Of a stretch of 64,000 nucleotides of DNA, positions 34,705-46,021 are shown one piece after another. The translations under genes were made by a program, and so were the position numbers. The notes below the pieces were generated by a model. That model had not been told where the DNA came from and searched no databases. It worked only from the letters and a program-made list of their open reading frames with translations. The stretch's first letter is position 1, and each line of letters begins with the position of its first letter. Origin of the DNA: an uncultured Clostridia bacterium (lineage in GTDB: Bacteria; Bacillota; Clostridia; Christensenellales; UBA3700); contig CALWKO010000004.1 in NCBI GenBank assembly GCA_944381275.1, forward strand, positions 5,100 to 69,099, read 5' to 3'.

Positions 34705-34847
34705 CGGAGCGGTTTTAGCGAGGTAGGTTTCGTTCGATTTTGCACGAGATGACGCGAAGTTGTAGCAGCGCTACTACGAGTCGGCATATCGTGTAAAAGC
34801 GGGCGGAAGGTGCCCGCTTAAACCGCTCCGCCGCGGTCGGGGGCGGG

Positions 34848-37800
34848 TTATATCTCTACGCTTCCCTCGAATACCTTTACCGCGTTGCCGGTCATATATA
34901 CGGCGTCGTCGGTGTAGTTTACGGTGAGGTCGCCGCCCAGCAGGCGCACGGTGATGTCCTCGCCCTTCTTGCAATAGCCGTTGAGGCAAGCCGCCACCGC
35001 CGTGGCGCAGGCGCCCGTGCCGCAGGCGAAAGTTTCGCCGCTGCCGCGCTCCCACACGCGCATTTTAAGGGTGTGTTCGTCCAGCACCTTTACGAATTCC
35101 ACGTTCACTCCCTCGGGGAAGAGTTCGCTCTCTTCAAAGGCGGGGCCAATTTTGGCTATATCCAGGTTGTCCACGGCGGGCAGGAAGACCACGCAGTGGG
35201 GGTTGCCCATGGAAACGCACGTGACGTTGTAGTCCTTGCCGTCCACGCTCACGGTGCGGTCGATCACGCTCTCTCCGCTAAGATTGACGGGCACGGACGC
35301 GGGCGCGAGCTCCGCCTTGCCCATATCCACGCGCACTTGAATGACTTCGCCCGCGCGGGTTATCACCTTTACGTTCTTTATGCCGGAGAGCGTTTCTATC
35401 GTGAATTCCTTCTTGTTCACCACATGGGTGTCGTAGATGTACTTTGCCACGCAGCGAATACCGTTGCCGCACATCTTGCCCTCGGAGCCGTCCAGGTTGA
35501 ACATGCGCATCTTGGCGTCTGCTACCTTGGAATCGCAGATGAGGATGACGCCGTCGCCGCCTATGCCGAAGTGCCTGTCCGAAAGCCTGACCGCGAGTCC
35601 TTCCGGATTGTCGAGGTCGTTGCCGTTCATGCAGTCGAAGTAGATGTAGTCGTTGCCGCAGCCTTCCATCTTCACAAAGTTCCTCTTCACCTTGCCCGTG
35701 CGCAGTTTGTTGATGTCCACAAGCTCGGTGTTGTATTCGGAATAGCGGCTCATAAGGCTGTTCACCACCGCCTCTGCGGTATCGATGGAGGTGAGGCAGG
35801 GGATGGCACGCTCTATCGCCTTGCGGCGTATCTTCACGCTGTCACGCGTGGGCAGCTTGCCCTTGGCGGAAGTGGAGATGATGTAATTCACCTTGCCGCT
35901 TTCGATGAGCGTCAAGTTGTTGTCGAACTGGTTTTGGTGTATTTTCGCCACGACGTGCACGTCGATTCCCGCCTTTTTGAGCACGTTTGCGGTGCCCTCG
36001 GTGGCGTAGATGGTGTAGCCGAGGTCGTCGAACTTCTGCGCTATTTCGCCTATTTCACCCTTGTCCTGGTCGCGGACGGTGATGAACACGCCGCCCTTCT
36101 TGCGCATCTTGTAGCCCGCCGCCACAAGACCCTTGAAGAGCGCTTCTTCCAGGGTGGAGGCGATGCCGAGCACTTCGCCGGTGGACTTCATCTCCGGTCC
36201 CAGCTGGGTATCCACGTTGCTCAGCTTTTCAAAGCTGAACACGGGCACCTTGACCGCCACATAGGGGGAGTTGCGGTAAAGCCCCGTCCCAAAGCCCATA
36301 TCCTTGAGCTTTTCGCCCAAGATGGCGCGGGTGGCAAGGTCCACCATGGGTATGCCCGTAACCTTGCTGATGTAGGGCACGGTGCGGGAAGAGCGGGGAT
36401 TGACCTCGATGACGTAGAGCTCGCCGTGATAGATGAGGTACTGTATATTCACAAGTCCTATCGTGTGCAAGGAGAGCGCCAGTCTGCGCGAGCAGTCCAC
36501 TATCCTATCTATCATCTCGTCGCTTATGTTCCAGGAAGGATATACGGCTATCGAGTCGCCCGAGTGGATGCCCGTCCTTTCTATGTGTTCCATAACGCCG
36601 GGGATGAGGATGTCCTCTCCGTCGCAGATGGCGTCCACTTCTATCTCCGTACCCATGAGGTACTTATCCACGAGCACGGGGTTTTCTATCTTCTGCGCCA
36701 AGATGACGTCCATGTATTGCGAAACGTCCGCTTCGGAATAGCATATCTCCATGTTCTGCCCGCCCAGCACGTACGAGGGGCGCAGCAGTGCGGGATAGCC
36801 TATCTCGCCCGCCACCTTGATGGCTTCTTCCTTGGTCATGACGGTGTAGCCGCGGGGGCGCTTGATCTCCAGCTCTTCCAGCAGCTCGTCGAAGCGTTCC
36901 CTGTCCTCCGCCATGTCGATGTACTCCGCCTGGGTGCCGAGTATGGGGATGTTCTTCTTGCGCAGCATCTTGGTCAGCTTGATAGCCGTTTGACCGCCGA
37001 ATGCCACCACCACGCCGTCCGGCTTTTCCGTGTTGATTATCGAGAGCACGTCCTCGTTTGAGAGGGGCTCAAAGTAAAGCCTGTCGGCGGTGTCGAAGTC
37101 GGTGGAGACGGTTTCCGGGTTGTTGTTCACGATGACCACTTCATATCCCTTGGCTTTGAGCGCCCACACGCAGTGCACGGAGGCGTAGTCGAATTCTATG
37201 CCCTGACCTATCCTGATGGGTCCGGAACCGAAGACTATCACCTTCTTTTTCTTGCTCTTCAAGTTGTCGATGAACTCGCGCGCTTCGTTCTCGTCGTCGT
37301 AGGTGGAGTAGAAGTAGGGCGTTTGCGCGGCGAATTCCGCGGCGCAGGTGTCCACCATCTTATAGGAAGCGTACCTGGGATGTTCCACCTTCTGCCCGCT
37401 TATGTTCTCGATGGTGGAATCGAGGTAGCCCATCTTCTTGGCGCGCAGGTAGAGCTCGTCGGTGAGCTTGCTTGACTTGAGCTCCCTGTCCATCTCCACC
37501 AGCTTTTTCAGCTTGGCGATGAACCAGGGGTCTATCTTGGTTATCATGTTGATCGCGGAGATCTCCACTCCCCTCTTGAGCGCTTCGTAGATGACGAAGA
37601 TGCGCTCGTCGTCGCAGTCGTGCAGTTTGTCCCACACCTGCGAATCCGTCCAGGAAGCGTACTTTTTGTCCGTAAGGCAGTCCTTTGAAATCTCCGCGCC
37701 GCGCACCGCCTTCATGATGGCTTGTTCGAAGGTGGTGCCTATCGCCATCACCTCGCCCGTGGCTTTCATCTGCGTGCCCAGCTTGCGGTTTGCGTAGTAG

Positions 37801-38894
37801 AATTTGTCGAACGGCCACTTGGGGAACTTGACCACCACATAGTCGATGGCGGGCTCGAAGCAGGCGTACGTCTTGCCCGTGACCTTGTTCAAGATTTCGT
37901 CCAGAGTATAGCCGATTGCTATCTTGGTAGCCACCTTAGCAATGGGATATCCCGTAGCCTTACTTGCCAACGCGGAAGAGCGGCTCACGCGGGGATTGAC
38001 CTCGATGACCGCGTATTCAAAGGAGTCGGGCTTGAGCGCGAACTGCACGTTGCACCCGCCGTTCACCTTCAATTTATCCACTATCCTCAGCGCGGAGGAA
38101 CGCAGCATTTGATATTCCTTGTCCGCAAGCGTGACCGCGGGGGCGATGACTATACTGTCGCCCGTGTGCACGCCGACGGGGTCGAAGTTTTCCATGGAGC
38201 AGATGGTGATCACGTTGCCCTTGGAATCGCGCATCACCTCGAACTCTATCTCCTTCCAGCCGCTTATGCACTTTTCCACCAGAATTTGATGTATGGGGGA
38301 AACGCGCAAGCCGCCGGAGGCAATCTCGATGAACTGCGCTTCGTCTTCCGCAATGCCGCCGCCGCTGCCGCCCAGGGTGAAGGCGGGGCGCACGATAACG
38401 GGGTAGCCTATCCGCCTTGCCACGGCGATTGCCGTGTCGATATCCTCGGCGATGTCGGAGGGGATGACGGGCTCGTTTATCTCCGCGAGCGTTTCCTTAA
38501 AGCGTTCCCTGTCCTCCGCCCTGTCGATCGTTTCGGGGTCGGCGCCAAGCAGGGTGACGTTCATCTTGTCCAAAAATCCTTCCTTGGCAAGCTGCATCGA
38601 AAGGGTAAGACCCGTCTGCCCGCCCAGCGTGGAAAGAAGGCTGTCCGGCCGTTCTTTTTCTATTATCCTCTTTACGGTGGTGAGGGTGAGCGGTTCGATG
38701 TATATCCTGTCCGCCACCGCGTTATCCGTCATTATCGTAGCGGGGTTGGAGTTGACGAGCACCACTTCCAGCCCGTCTTCTTTCAGCGCGCGGCAAGCCT
38801 GAGTGCCCGCGTAGTCGAATTCCGCTGCCTGACCTATTACGATAGGACCGGAGCCTATCACCATTACTTTGTGCAAATTCTTATTGAGCGGCAT
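34848..38894 (-). CDS. carB: carbamoyl-phosphate synthase large subunit fused in frame to diaminopimelate epimerase (CarB-DapF)
   Basis: Residues 1-1068 are full-length CarB, with two ATP-grasp halves and an MGS-like domain. Residues 1069-1348 (VKRNFVKMEGCGNDYIYFD...MCGNGIRC...ACGTGACA) carry DapF signatures, including both catalytic Cys motifs. There is no stop codon at the junction (about nt 35690). Confidence 0.9.
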   Translation of the reverse strand: MPLNKNLHKVMVIGSGPIVIGQAAEFDYAGTQACRALKEDGLEVVLVNSNPATIMTDNAVADRIYIEPLTLTTVKRIIEKERPDSLLSTLGGQTGLTLSMQLAKEGFLDKMNVTLLGADPETIDRAEDRERFKETLAEINEPVIPSDIAEDIDTAIAVARRIGYPVIVRPAFTLGGSGGGIAEDEAQFIEIASGGLRVSPIHQILVEKCISGWKEIEFEVMRDSKGNVITICSMENFDPVGVHTGDSIVIAPAVTLADKEYQMLRSSALRIVDKLKVNGGCNVQFALKPDSFEYAVIEVNPRVSRSSALASKATGYPIAKVATKIAIGYTLDEILNKVTGKTYACFEPAIDYVVVKFPKWPFDKFYYANRKLGTQMKATGEVMAIGTTFEQAIMKAVRGAEISKDCLTDKKYASWTDSQVWDKLHDCDDERIFVIYEALKRGVEISAINMITKIDPWFIAKLKKLVEMDRELKSSKLTDELYLRAKKMGYLDSTIENISGQKVEHPRYASYKMVDTCAAEFAAQTPYFYSTYDDENEAREFIDNLKSKKKKVIVFGSGPIRIGQGIEFDYASVHCVWALKAKGYEVVIVNNNPETVSTDFDTADRLYFEPLSNEDVLSIINTEKPDGVVVAFGGQTAIKLTKMLRKKNIPILGTQAEYIDMAEDRERFDELLEELEIKRPRGYTVMTKEEAIKVAGEIGYPALLRPSYVLGGQNMEICYSEADVSQYMDVILAQKIENPVLVDKYLMGTEIEVDAICDGEDILIPGVMEHIERTGIHSGDSIAVYPSWNISDEMIDRIVDCSRRLALSLHTIGLVNIQYLIYHGELYVIEVNPRSSRTVPYISKVTGIPMVDLATRAILGEKLKDMGFGTGLYRNSPYVAVKVPVFSFEKLSNVDTQLGPEMKSTGEVLGIASTLEEALFKGLVAAGYKMRKKGGVFITVRDQDKGEIGEIAQKFDDLGYTIYATEGTANVLKKAGIDVHVVAKIHQNQFDNNLTLIESGKVNYIISTSAKGKLPTRDSVKIRRKAIERAIPCLTSIDTAEAVVNSLMSRYSEYNTELVDINKLRTGKVKRNFVKMEGCGNDYIYFDCMNGNDLDNPEGLAVRLSDRHFGIGGDGVILICDSKVADAKMRMFNLDGSEGKMCGNGIRCVAKYIYDTHVVNKKEFTIETLSGIKNVKVITRAGEVIQVRVDMGKAELAPASVPVNLSGESVIDRTVSVDGKDYNVTCVSMGNPHCVVFLPAVDNLDIAKIGPAFEESELFPEGVNVEFVKVLDEHTLKMRVWERGSGETFACGTGACATAVAACLNGYCKKGEDITVRLLGGDLTVNYTDDAVYMTGNAVKVFEGSVEI

Positions 38895-39974
38895 TTATTT
38901 CACCTCCATCCTGCTTATAAATCTATCGAATAAAAATTGCGTATCGAGCGGGCCCGCGCACGCTTCCGGATGGAACTGCACGGAGAAGGCGTTCGCCTTG
39001 GTATAGTTCACGCCCTCGCAAGTGCCGTCGTTCACGTTGACAAAAGACGCGTAGCCCTTGTCCGCGGGAATGGAGGCGCTGTCCACCGCGTAGCCGTGGT
39101 TTTGCGAAGTGACGTATATCCTGCCCGTATCCGCTTCCATCGCGGGCTGATTGCCGCCGCGGTGACCGTACTTGAGCTTGACCGTCTTTGCGCCCTGGGA
39201 GAGCGCCATGAGCTGATGTCCCAGGCATATGCCGAACACGGGCGTGCCGCTTTGCATTATCTTACCCACCTGCTCTATTTCGAAGGTGTTATCCGCGGGG
39301 TCGCCGGGGCCGTTGGAGAGCATGACTCCGTCGAACTTACCGTTCAAGATCTCCTCTGCGGGGGCGGAGCAAGGGAACACGCTCACTTCGCAGCCGCGCT
39401 TGACCAGCTCGCGCTCGATATTGGACTTGCTGCCGTAATCGATGAGCGCTACGCGGCGCTTTTGCTCGCCCATGGCGGGGATGACGTATTTTTCCTTGCA
39501 GGAAGTTTCCTGCACCGCGCCCTTGATGGAATATTCCTTCAACATCTTCTTCTGCGCGCTCGTGAGCTTGGGGGAAGAGGTGATGATACCGTTCATAACG
39601 CCGCGCTCGCGCACTATCTTGGTGAGGTGGCGGGTATCGATGCCCTGAATGCCTATTATGCCCTGCTCCTTCAAAAAGTCGCCCAGCTTGCCCTTGCAGC
39701 GGAAGTTGGAGGGATAGTCGCAAAGATCGCGCACGATATAGCCTTTCAGCCTTATGCCGCTGCTTTCAAAATCCTCCGGTATAACGCCCACGTTGCCGAT
39801 GAGGGGGAATGTCTGCACCACTATCTGCCCGTAATAGCTGGGGTCGGTGATGGTTTCCAAATAGCCGGTCATGGCGGTGGTAAACACCACTTCGCCCACG
39901 GCTTCTCCCTTAGCGCCGATAGACGTTCCTTCAAAAACGTCGCCGCTTGCCAAAATAAGATAAACCTTTTCCAT
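38895..39974 (-). CDS. carA: carbamoyl-phosphate synthase small (glutaminase) subunit
   Basis: It has the class I GATase motif PVFGICLGHQL and the HGYAV...QFHPE triad region. It abuts the carB start with no gap. Confidence 0.92.
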   Translation of the reverse strand: MEKVYLILASGDVFEGTSIGAKGEAVGEVVFTTAMTGYLETITDPSYYGQIVVQTFPLIGNVGVIPEDFESSGIRLKGYIVRDLCDYPSNFRCKGKLGDFLKEQGIIGIQGIDTRHLTKIVRERGVMNGIITSSPKLTSAQKKMLKEYSIKGAVQETSCKEKYVIPAMGEQKRRVALIDYGSKSNIERELVKRGCEVSVFPCSAPAEEILNGKFDGVMLSNGPGDPADNTFEIEQVGKIMQSGTPVFGICLGHQLMALSQGAKTVKLKYGHRGGNQPAMEADTGRIYVTSQNHGYAVDSASIPADKGYASFVNVNDGTCEGVNYTKANAFSVQFHPEACAGPLDTQFLFDRFISRMEVK

Positions 39975-40128
39975 AAGCCCGTCCTTGTTCTTTTATTTCT
40001 TCGTAAGAAGTTGTAGCCTTTTTATTGTCTGTCGTTTTATGCGAAGACGCCTTCCTCGGCTCCCTCACATCGGGGCGCAGCAGCCGCGCCCGCCATTGGG
40101 GATGCAACGTCCCACGCTGCCGCGTTGC

Positions 40129-40162
40129 AAAAAGCCTCGGCGGGAATACCGAGGCTTTTTTT
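40129..40162. terminator. A5-stem-loop-T7 hairpin in the carA/glnN divergent intergenic region (possible carA leader attenuator)
   Basis: Stem AGCCTCGG/CCGAGGCT with an 8-nt loop. T7 follows on the + strand and T5 on the minus strand. It lies about 160 nt upstream of the carA start, and no upstream gene on either strand needs it. Confidence 0.45.
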
Positions 40163-40391
40163 AAATGCAAACAGTTATTTTGGGAAAAATGCCGCAAAGT
40201 TCCGAATAAATTTCGGAACGGGTGAAAACTTTGCCGACTGCGATATACTGCAAACCTTTCCTTCTCACGGCCTTCTCCTCAAGGTATTTTATATAGTATA
40301 GCACAACGAAAATTTTTCTTCAATTATTTTTGCCTTTTCTTCCCCAAAAATTTTTCGCGCAAAGATTTTTCCGCTCAAAGGCGCAATTTTC

Positions 40392-40420
40392 TTTACTTTT
40401 TTGCGTAAAAATTTTATACT
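40392..40420 (+). promoter_or_regulatory. candidate promoter for glnN
   Basis: TTTACT, a 17-nt spacer, then TATACT, about 45 nt upstream of ATG 40466. Confidence 0.3.
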
Positions 40421-40465
40421 GATTCTGTATTTATTTTTTATGCGCGCACAAAGGAGAGCACAATT

Positions 40466-42559
<2,094 letters not shown>

Positions 42560-42560
42560 G

Positions 42561-42891
42561 AATATGATTTTTATGGGGCGCAAAGTAATTGTTTGCGCAG
42601 CGTTAGCGCCCCATAAAAATCGTGATATTTTTTACCTTCATATACAATAATTTAATACGCCGCTTTTATCAGAAGGTAAAAAGTGATATTTTTTGGCAGA
42701 TAGACAATTCTCCGTGAACAACTCTTCGTGTGCCAAAAAGTGATATGCGCCCTCAAACCGCGGAGCGACGAGAGGGCGCGTGATATTTTTGGAGATACTG
42801 TTTGCCGCAAGCGTCAAACGCTCTCCAAAAGTTGCGGCTCCGCAAAGCGGATTTGCAACTACTTTTTCTTATTGCGAAAGTTATCATTCTA
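42561..42891 (+). repeat. composite multi-hairpin extragenic element, copy 2 (left arm of an inverted pair)
   Basis: It starts with ATGATTTTT 5 nt after the glnN stop. Five hairpins (a-e) follow, separated by GTGATAT linkers. The tail is AAAAGTTGCGGCTCCGCAA...CTTATTGCGAAAGTTATCATTCTA. Confidence 0.85.
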
Positions 42892-43283
42892 TCATTCTTA
42901 GATTTAATAGTAAAGCAACGTTATTTATCTAAAAAAAATTCCAAATGCGCCTGCGGCACCTTAACTTACTTCGCGGAAAAGAGTTGCGGTAAGCGCTGCT
43001 ATTTAATAAGGAAAGCTGACTGCTTGGGAAGAATGCAAGCATAATAATGTTGTCCGCGAAAGCCGATTACGCTATAAATAGCACAATCGGCGTCCGGCGT
43101 TGCTCGCAACAGTACGCGCTTCAAATAGTTGCGCTTGCCCTGCTTTGCCGAGTATCGATAGTTTATATGCGGAAAGATTAGTGACGTATCGGGTATCGTT
43201 TCTATATCTGTCGCCGCGCAAAGAGATTTGCGGGCAAATCTCCACGCGCCCTTATATCTCCCCAAACAAATAGTTTATTGTGC

Positions 43284-43602
43284 TAGAATGATAACTTTCG
43301 CAATAAGACCAACCAAGTGTAAATGCGCCTGCGGCACCTTAACTTTTGGACAGCGCCGCTTGCGGCTGTATGTCCAAAAATATCACGCGCCCTCTCGTCG
43401 CCTTGGCGGTTTGAGGGCGCATTTCACTTTTTGGCACACGAAGAGTTGTTCACGGAGAATTGTTTATCTGCCAAAAAATATCACTTTTTACCTTCTGACA
43501 AAAGCGGCGTATTAAATTATTGTATATGAAGGTAAAAAATATCACGATTTTTATGGGGCGCTAACGCTCGCAAATATTCTTTTTGCGCCCCATAAAAATC
43601 AT
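43284..43602 (-). repeat. composite multi-hairpin extragenic element, copy 3 (right arm, inverted)
   Basis: It is the reverse complement of the same module order. Its ATGATTTTT contains the TGA stop (43599-43601) of the 291-aa gene. Confidence 0.85.
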
Positions 43603-44474
43603 TTACTTACGATTTCCCCCGTCCTCACGTCCTGGTACATCACCCAATACCCCGCGCCTTCTTCTTCCACGGGCAGCCAGCCGCGGCATTCGGGGCGAAC
43701 GGAAGGTGGAGTTGTGTTGTCCTTATCGGGCACGCCGTAGCACAGGTAGCGCGCCTGCCCTTCTTCGTCGGCGATTATGCCCACGACATAGCTGCCTCCG
43801 CCGTCGGTGGGTACGCTGACCCACGCGGAGTTGGGCACGGCGGCGGCGAGCGCTTTCTGCTTGGGATAGGTAGAGAAAAGTTCGTCCAAATTCCCTTTTA
43901 TCTCCTCTAAAAAGTCAACTTTTTCGCCCCTGCTCCCGTTTTTTGTTCTTTTTGGCTTTGGCTGTTTCTTTTCTTCTTGCCCTGATTGCGCAGCCGAGGC
44001 GGGCTCTTCTTTTTTATTTGCACCCTCTTCTTGTGCGGCGAGCGCTTCTTCCGCTTTGACCGCCTCTTCCGCCTTTATTTCTTGCTCGGCGGGCTCTTTT
44101 ATTGCAGGCTCTTCCGCCTTTGCCGCGCTCTCTGCTTCGGCTAAATCGCCCTCTTTCTCTTGCTCGGCGGCTTCCTTGGCAAGCTCCTCGCACTCAAAGA
44201 CGGGCGCGGGAGAGGACAGCGCGATTATCGCCCCGCCCTTTACTATGCGCGCCGCCACCTTGCTTTCGCGCGTAAGCGGATAAGGCAGGTTGAACTTACT
44301 CAACGCGGGCGCGGAGAAGTATCTGCCGTCTATCATGAACTCGGCGATAGCCCCGTCCGGGCAGTGCGTCTTAACCTCGCCCACCGTGTTTCCGCCGAAA
44401 TATTCCAATTTGATCAGTCCCGGCGCGCCGCCGTCGGTGCGCACGAGCACGATATTCTTTTTTACCACGAACAT
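43599..44474 (-). CDS. hypothetical protein with a central Glu/Ala/Lys-rich linker
   Basis: This is the last gene of the metG-rsmA operon, with globular ends flanking a low-complexity acidic linker. No family is recognised. Confidence 0.65.
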   Translation of the reverse strand: MFVVKKNIVLVRTDGGAPGLIKLEYFGGNTVGEVKTHCPDGAIAEFMIDGRYFSAPALSKFNLPYPLTRESKVAARIVKGGAIIALSSPAPVFECEELAKEAAEQEKEGDLAEAESAAKAEEPAIKEPAEQEIKAEEAVKAEEALAAQEEGANKKEEPASAAQSGQEEKKQPKPKRTKNGSRGEKVDFLEEIKGNLDELFSTYPKQKALAAAVPNSAWVSVPTDGGGSYVVGIIADEEGQARYLCYGVPDKDNTTPPSVRPECRGWLPVEEEGAGYWVMYQDVRTGEIVSK

Positions 44475-44552
44475 GAAAAAACCTCCCGAGGTTGCTATTC
44501 AAGCATATTCCCGAGAGGTGAAAAATATTACCGTTTTGCGCAAGCGGAATAA

Positions 44553-45386
44553 CTAGACCGAGCGTTGAGCGCGCAGGGCTTCCGCCAGGCGGATGAAGTC
44601 CTCAATCCCCAGCTTTTCGCCGCGAATGCGCACGTCGTAGCCGCAAGAAGCGAGCAGCTGCTCCGCCGCAGCGCGGGAGAGATTGAGGGAAGAACAGAGG
44701 TTGTTCACAAGCGTCTTTCTGCGCATGGCGAAAGCCGCCTTTATCAGCTTTTTTACGAGCGGTTTATCCGCGCCCGCGTACTTGTCGTGCATATCTATGC
44801 GCACCACGCAGCTGTCCACGTTGGGGCGGGGGGTGAACATCGTGCGCGGCACTATGCGCGTTATGCTCGCGCTCCCTTCCAGCGCGACGGCGGCGGTTAT
44901 CGCGCCGTAATCGGCGGTGCCGGGAGAGGCGGCGAGCCGTTCTCCCACTTCCTTTTGCACCATAACGGATATGCTGAGCGGGCGGTTTTGCCTCTCGATA
45001 AAGCGCATTATTATGGGGGTGGTGATGTAATAGGGCAAGTTGGCGACCAGCTTATATTCGCCGCCCAGCGATTTATCCAGCTCTTCGTCGCTCTCCTTCA
45101 TTATGTCGCGAAAGATGACTTCCACCCTCTCATCCAGCCCGGCGAGAGTCTGTGAGAGGACGGGAGCTAGGTTTTTATCTATCTCGTAGCTTATCACCCT
45201 GTCCGCCTTGGCGGCGAGAGCGCGGGTGAGCGTGCCGGCGCCGACGCCTATTTCCAGCACCGTGCCGCCCGTTATGCCCGCCTCGTCCACGATGGCGGCA
45301 AGCAGGTTCTTATCCGTGATGAAATTTTGACCGAACTTTTTTTCAAAGGAAAAATTCGCCCCCGCAAGGATGTCCGCAAGGCTCAT
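44553..45386 (-). CDS. rsmA: 16S rRNA (adenine1518/1519-N6)-dimethyltransferase
   Basis: It has FGQNFITD and the SAM motif VLEIGVGAGTLT, then NLPYYITTPI. The start is set at ATG 45386 (ATGA overlap with the upstream gene). The 80-aa ORF extension is His/Arg-rich junk. Confidence 0.9.
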   Translation of the reverse strand: MSLADILAGANFSFEKKFGQNFITDKNLLAAIVDEAGITGGTVLEIGVGAGTLTRALAAKADRVISYEIDKNLAPVLSQTLAGLDERVEVIFRDIMKESDEELDKSLGGEYKLVANLPYYITTPIIMRFIERQNRPLSISVMVQKEVGERLAASPGTADYGAITAAVALEGSASITRIVPRTMFTPRPNVDSCVVRIDMHDKYAGADKPLVKKLIKAAFAMRRKTLVNNLCSSLNLSRAAAEQLLASCGYDVRIRGEKLGIEDFIRLAEALRAQRSV

Positions 45387-46009
45387 ATCAGCTTCCTCAC
45401 CCTGAGTTTCGCGCCTATCTCGCGCGCTATCTCCGCCGCCTTTTGCAGCTGTTCGGGGGGAACGCAGTCCACTATGCTCAAAACCACGTTGCCGCCGCAC
45501 TTCACGCACTCCTTGGCAAAGTCGAGCATGATGTCGAAAGCCTTCAAGCCGAAGCGGCTGTGGCAGAGTTTGTCGTAAGATACGGGATCGGTGGCGTTGA
45601 GGGATACGTTGATGGTGTCGATGCACTTTGCCATGCGCGGAGCGATGTCCTTGCCCAAAATCGCGCTGCCCTGCCCGTTGGTGTTTATCCTCGTCTTAAT
45701 GCCCCTGTCGTGGGCGTAATTTGCGAGCATCTCCACCAGGTCGAAGCGGGCGGAAGGCTCGCCGTAGCCGCAAAAGACCATCTCCTTATAGCGGCTGAAA
45801 TCCATTTTATCCAAAATCTCCGTCACGTCCACATAGGAGGGTTCCTTGTCCAGCCAAAGGTCGTAATCGCCCTCGCCCTTATGGCTGCCGAACTCCCTGC
45901 CGTCCATGACGGATTCGTGATTGCGCAGGCAAAATTCGCAGGCGTTAGAACAGTAATTGGTCAAATTGATATAGATGTTGCCGTAAATGGTATATACATA
46001 GGTATTCAT
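45383..46009 (-). CDS. TatD-associated radical SAM protein
   Basis: It has the CxxxCxxC cluster motif NYCSNACEFC near the N-terminus, is small (208 aa) and lies immediately downstream of tatD. Confidence 0.8.
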   Translation of the reverse strand: MNTYVYTIYGNIYINLTNYCSNACEFCLRNHESVMDGREFGSHKGEGDYDLWLDKEPSYVDVTEILDKMDFSRYKEMVFCGYGEPSARFDLVEMLANYAHDRGIKTRINTNGQGSAILGKDIAPRMAKCIDTINVSLNATDPVSYDKLCHSRFGLKAFDIMLDFAKECVKCGGNVVLSIVDCVPPEQLQKAAEIAREIGAKLRVRKLI

Positions 46010-46021
46010 TTCCTTCTCCCG

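Noticed and set aside
34575-34787. 70-aa ORF with an RRARVRVTRRARVRVT repeat
   Set aside because: The repeat is the translation of the 24-bp DNA tandem duplication in the carB-dapF 3' region. The ORF spans the terminator hairpin and has no RBS.
42802-43515. Small ORFs sharing the peptide string KCACGTLT (42802..43044, 43228..43515; also 63339..63626)
   Set aside because: The shared peptide comes from the repeated DNA string AAATGCGCCTGCGGCACCTTAAC, which occurs in different orientations. There is no RBS and no consistent reading-frame context.
42561-43602. Possible CRISPR array, given the short repeat GTGATATTTTT alternating with 27-75-nt unique segments
   Set aside because: The conserved linker is only 7-11 nt. 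The 'spacers' are self-complementary hairpins that recur in the same order at other loci. No cas genes or leader are present.
42561-43602. Possible autonomous IS or transposon, given ~330-bp inverted arms around a ~390-bp core
   Set aside because: The core contains no credible transposase ORF. The only ORFs are 80-95 aa, lack an RBS and translate the repeated DNA. At most this is a non-autonomous element.
45387-45626. 80-codon N-terminal extension of the rsmA ORF
   Set aside because: It overlaps the 3' end of the radical SAM gene and is His/Arg-rich. RsmA homology begins at MSLADIL (ATG 45386), which forms an ATGA overlap with the upstream stop.
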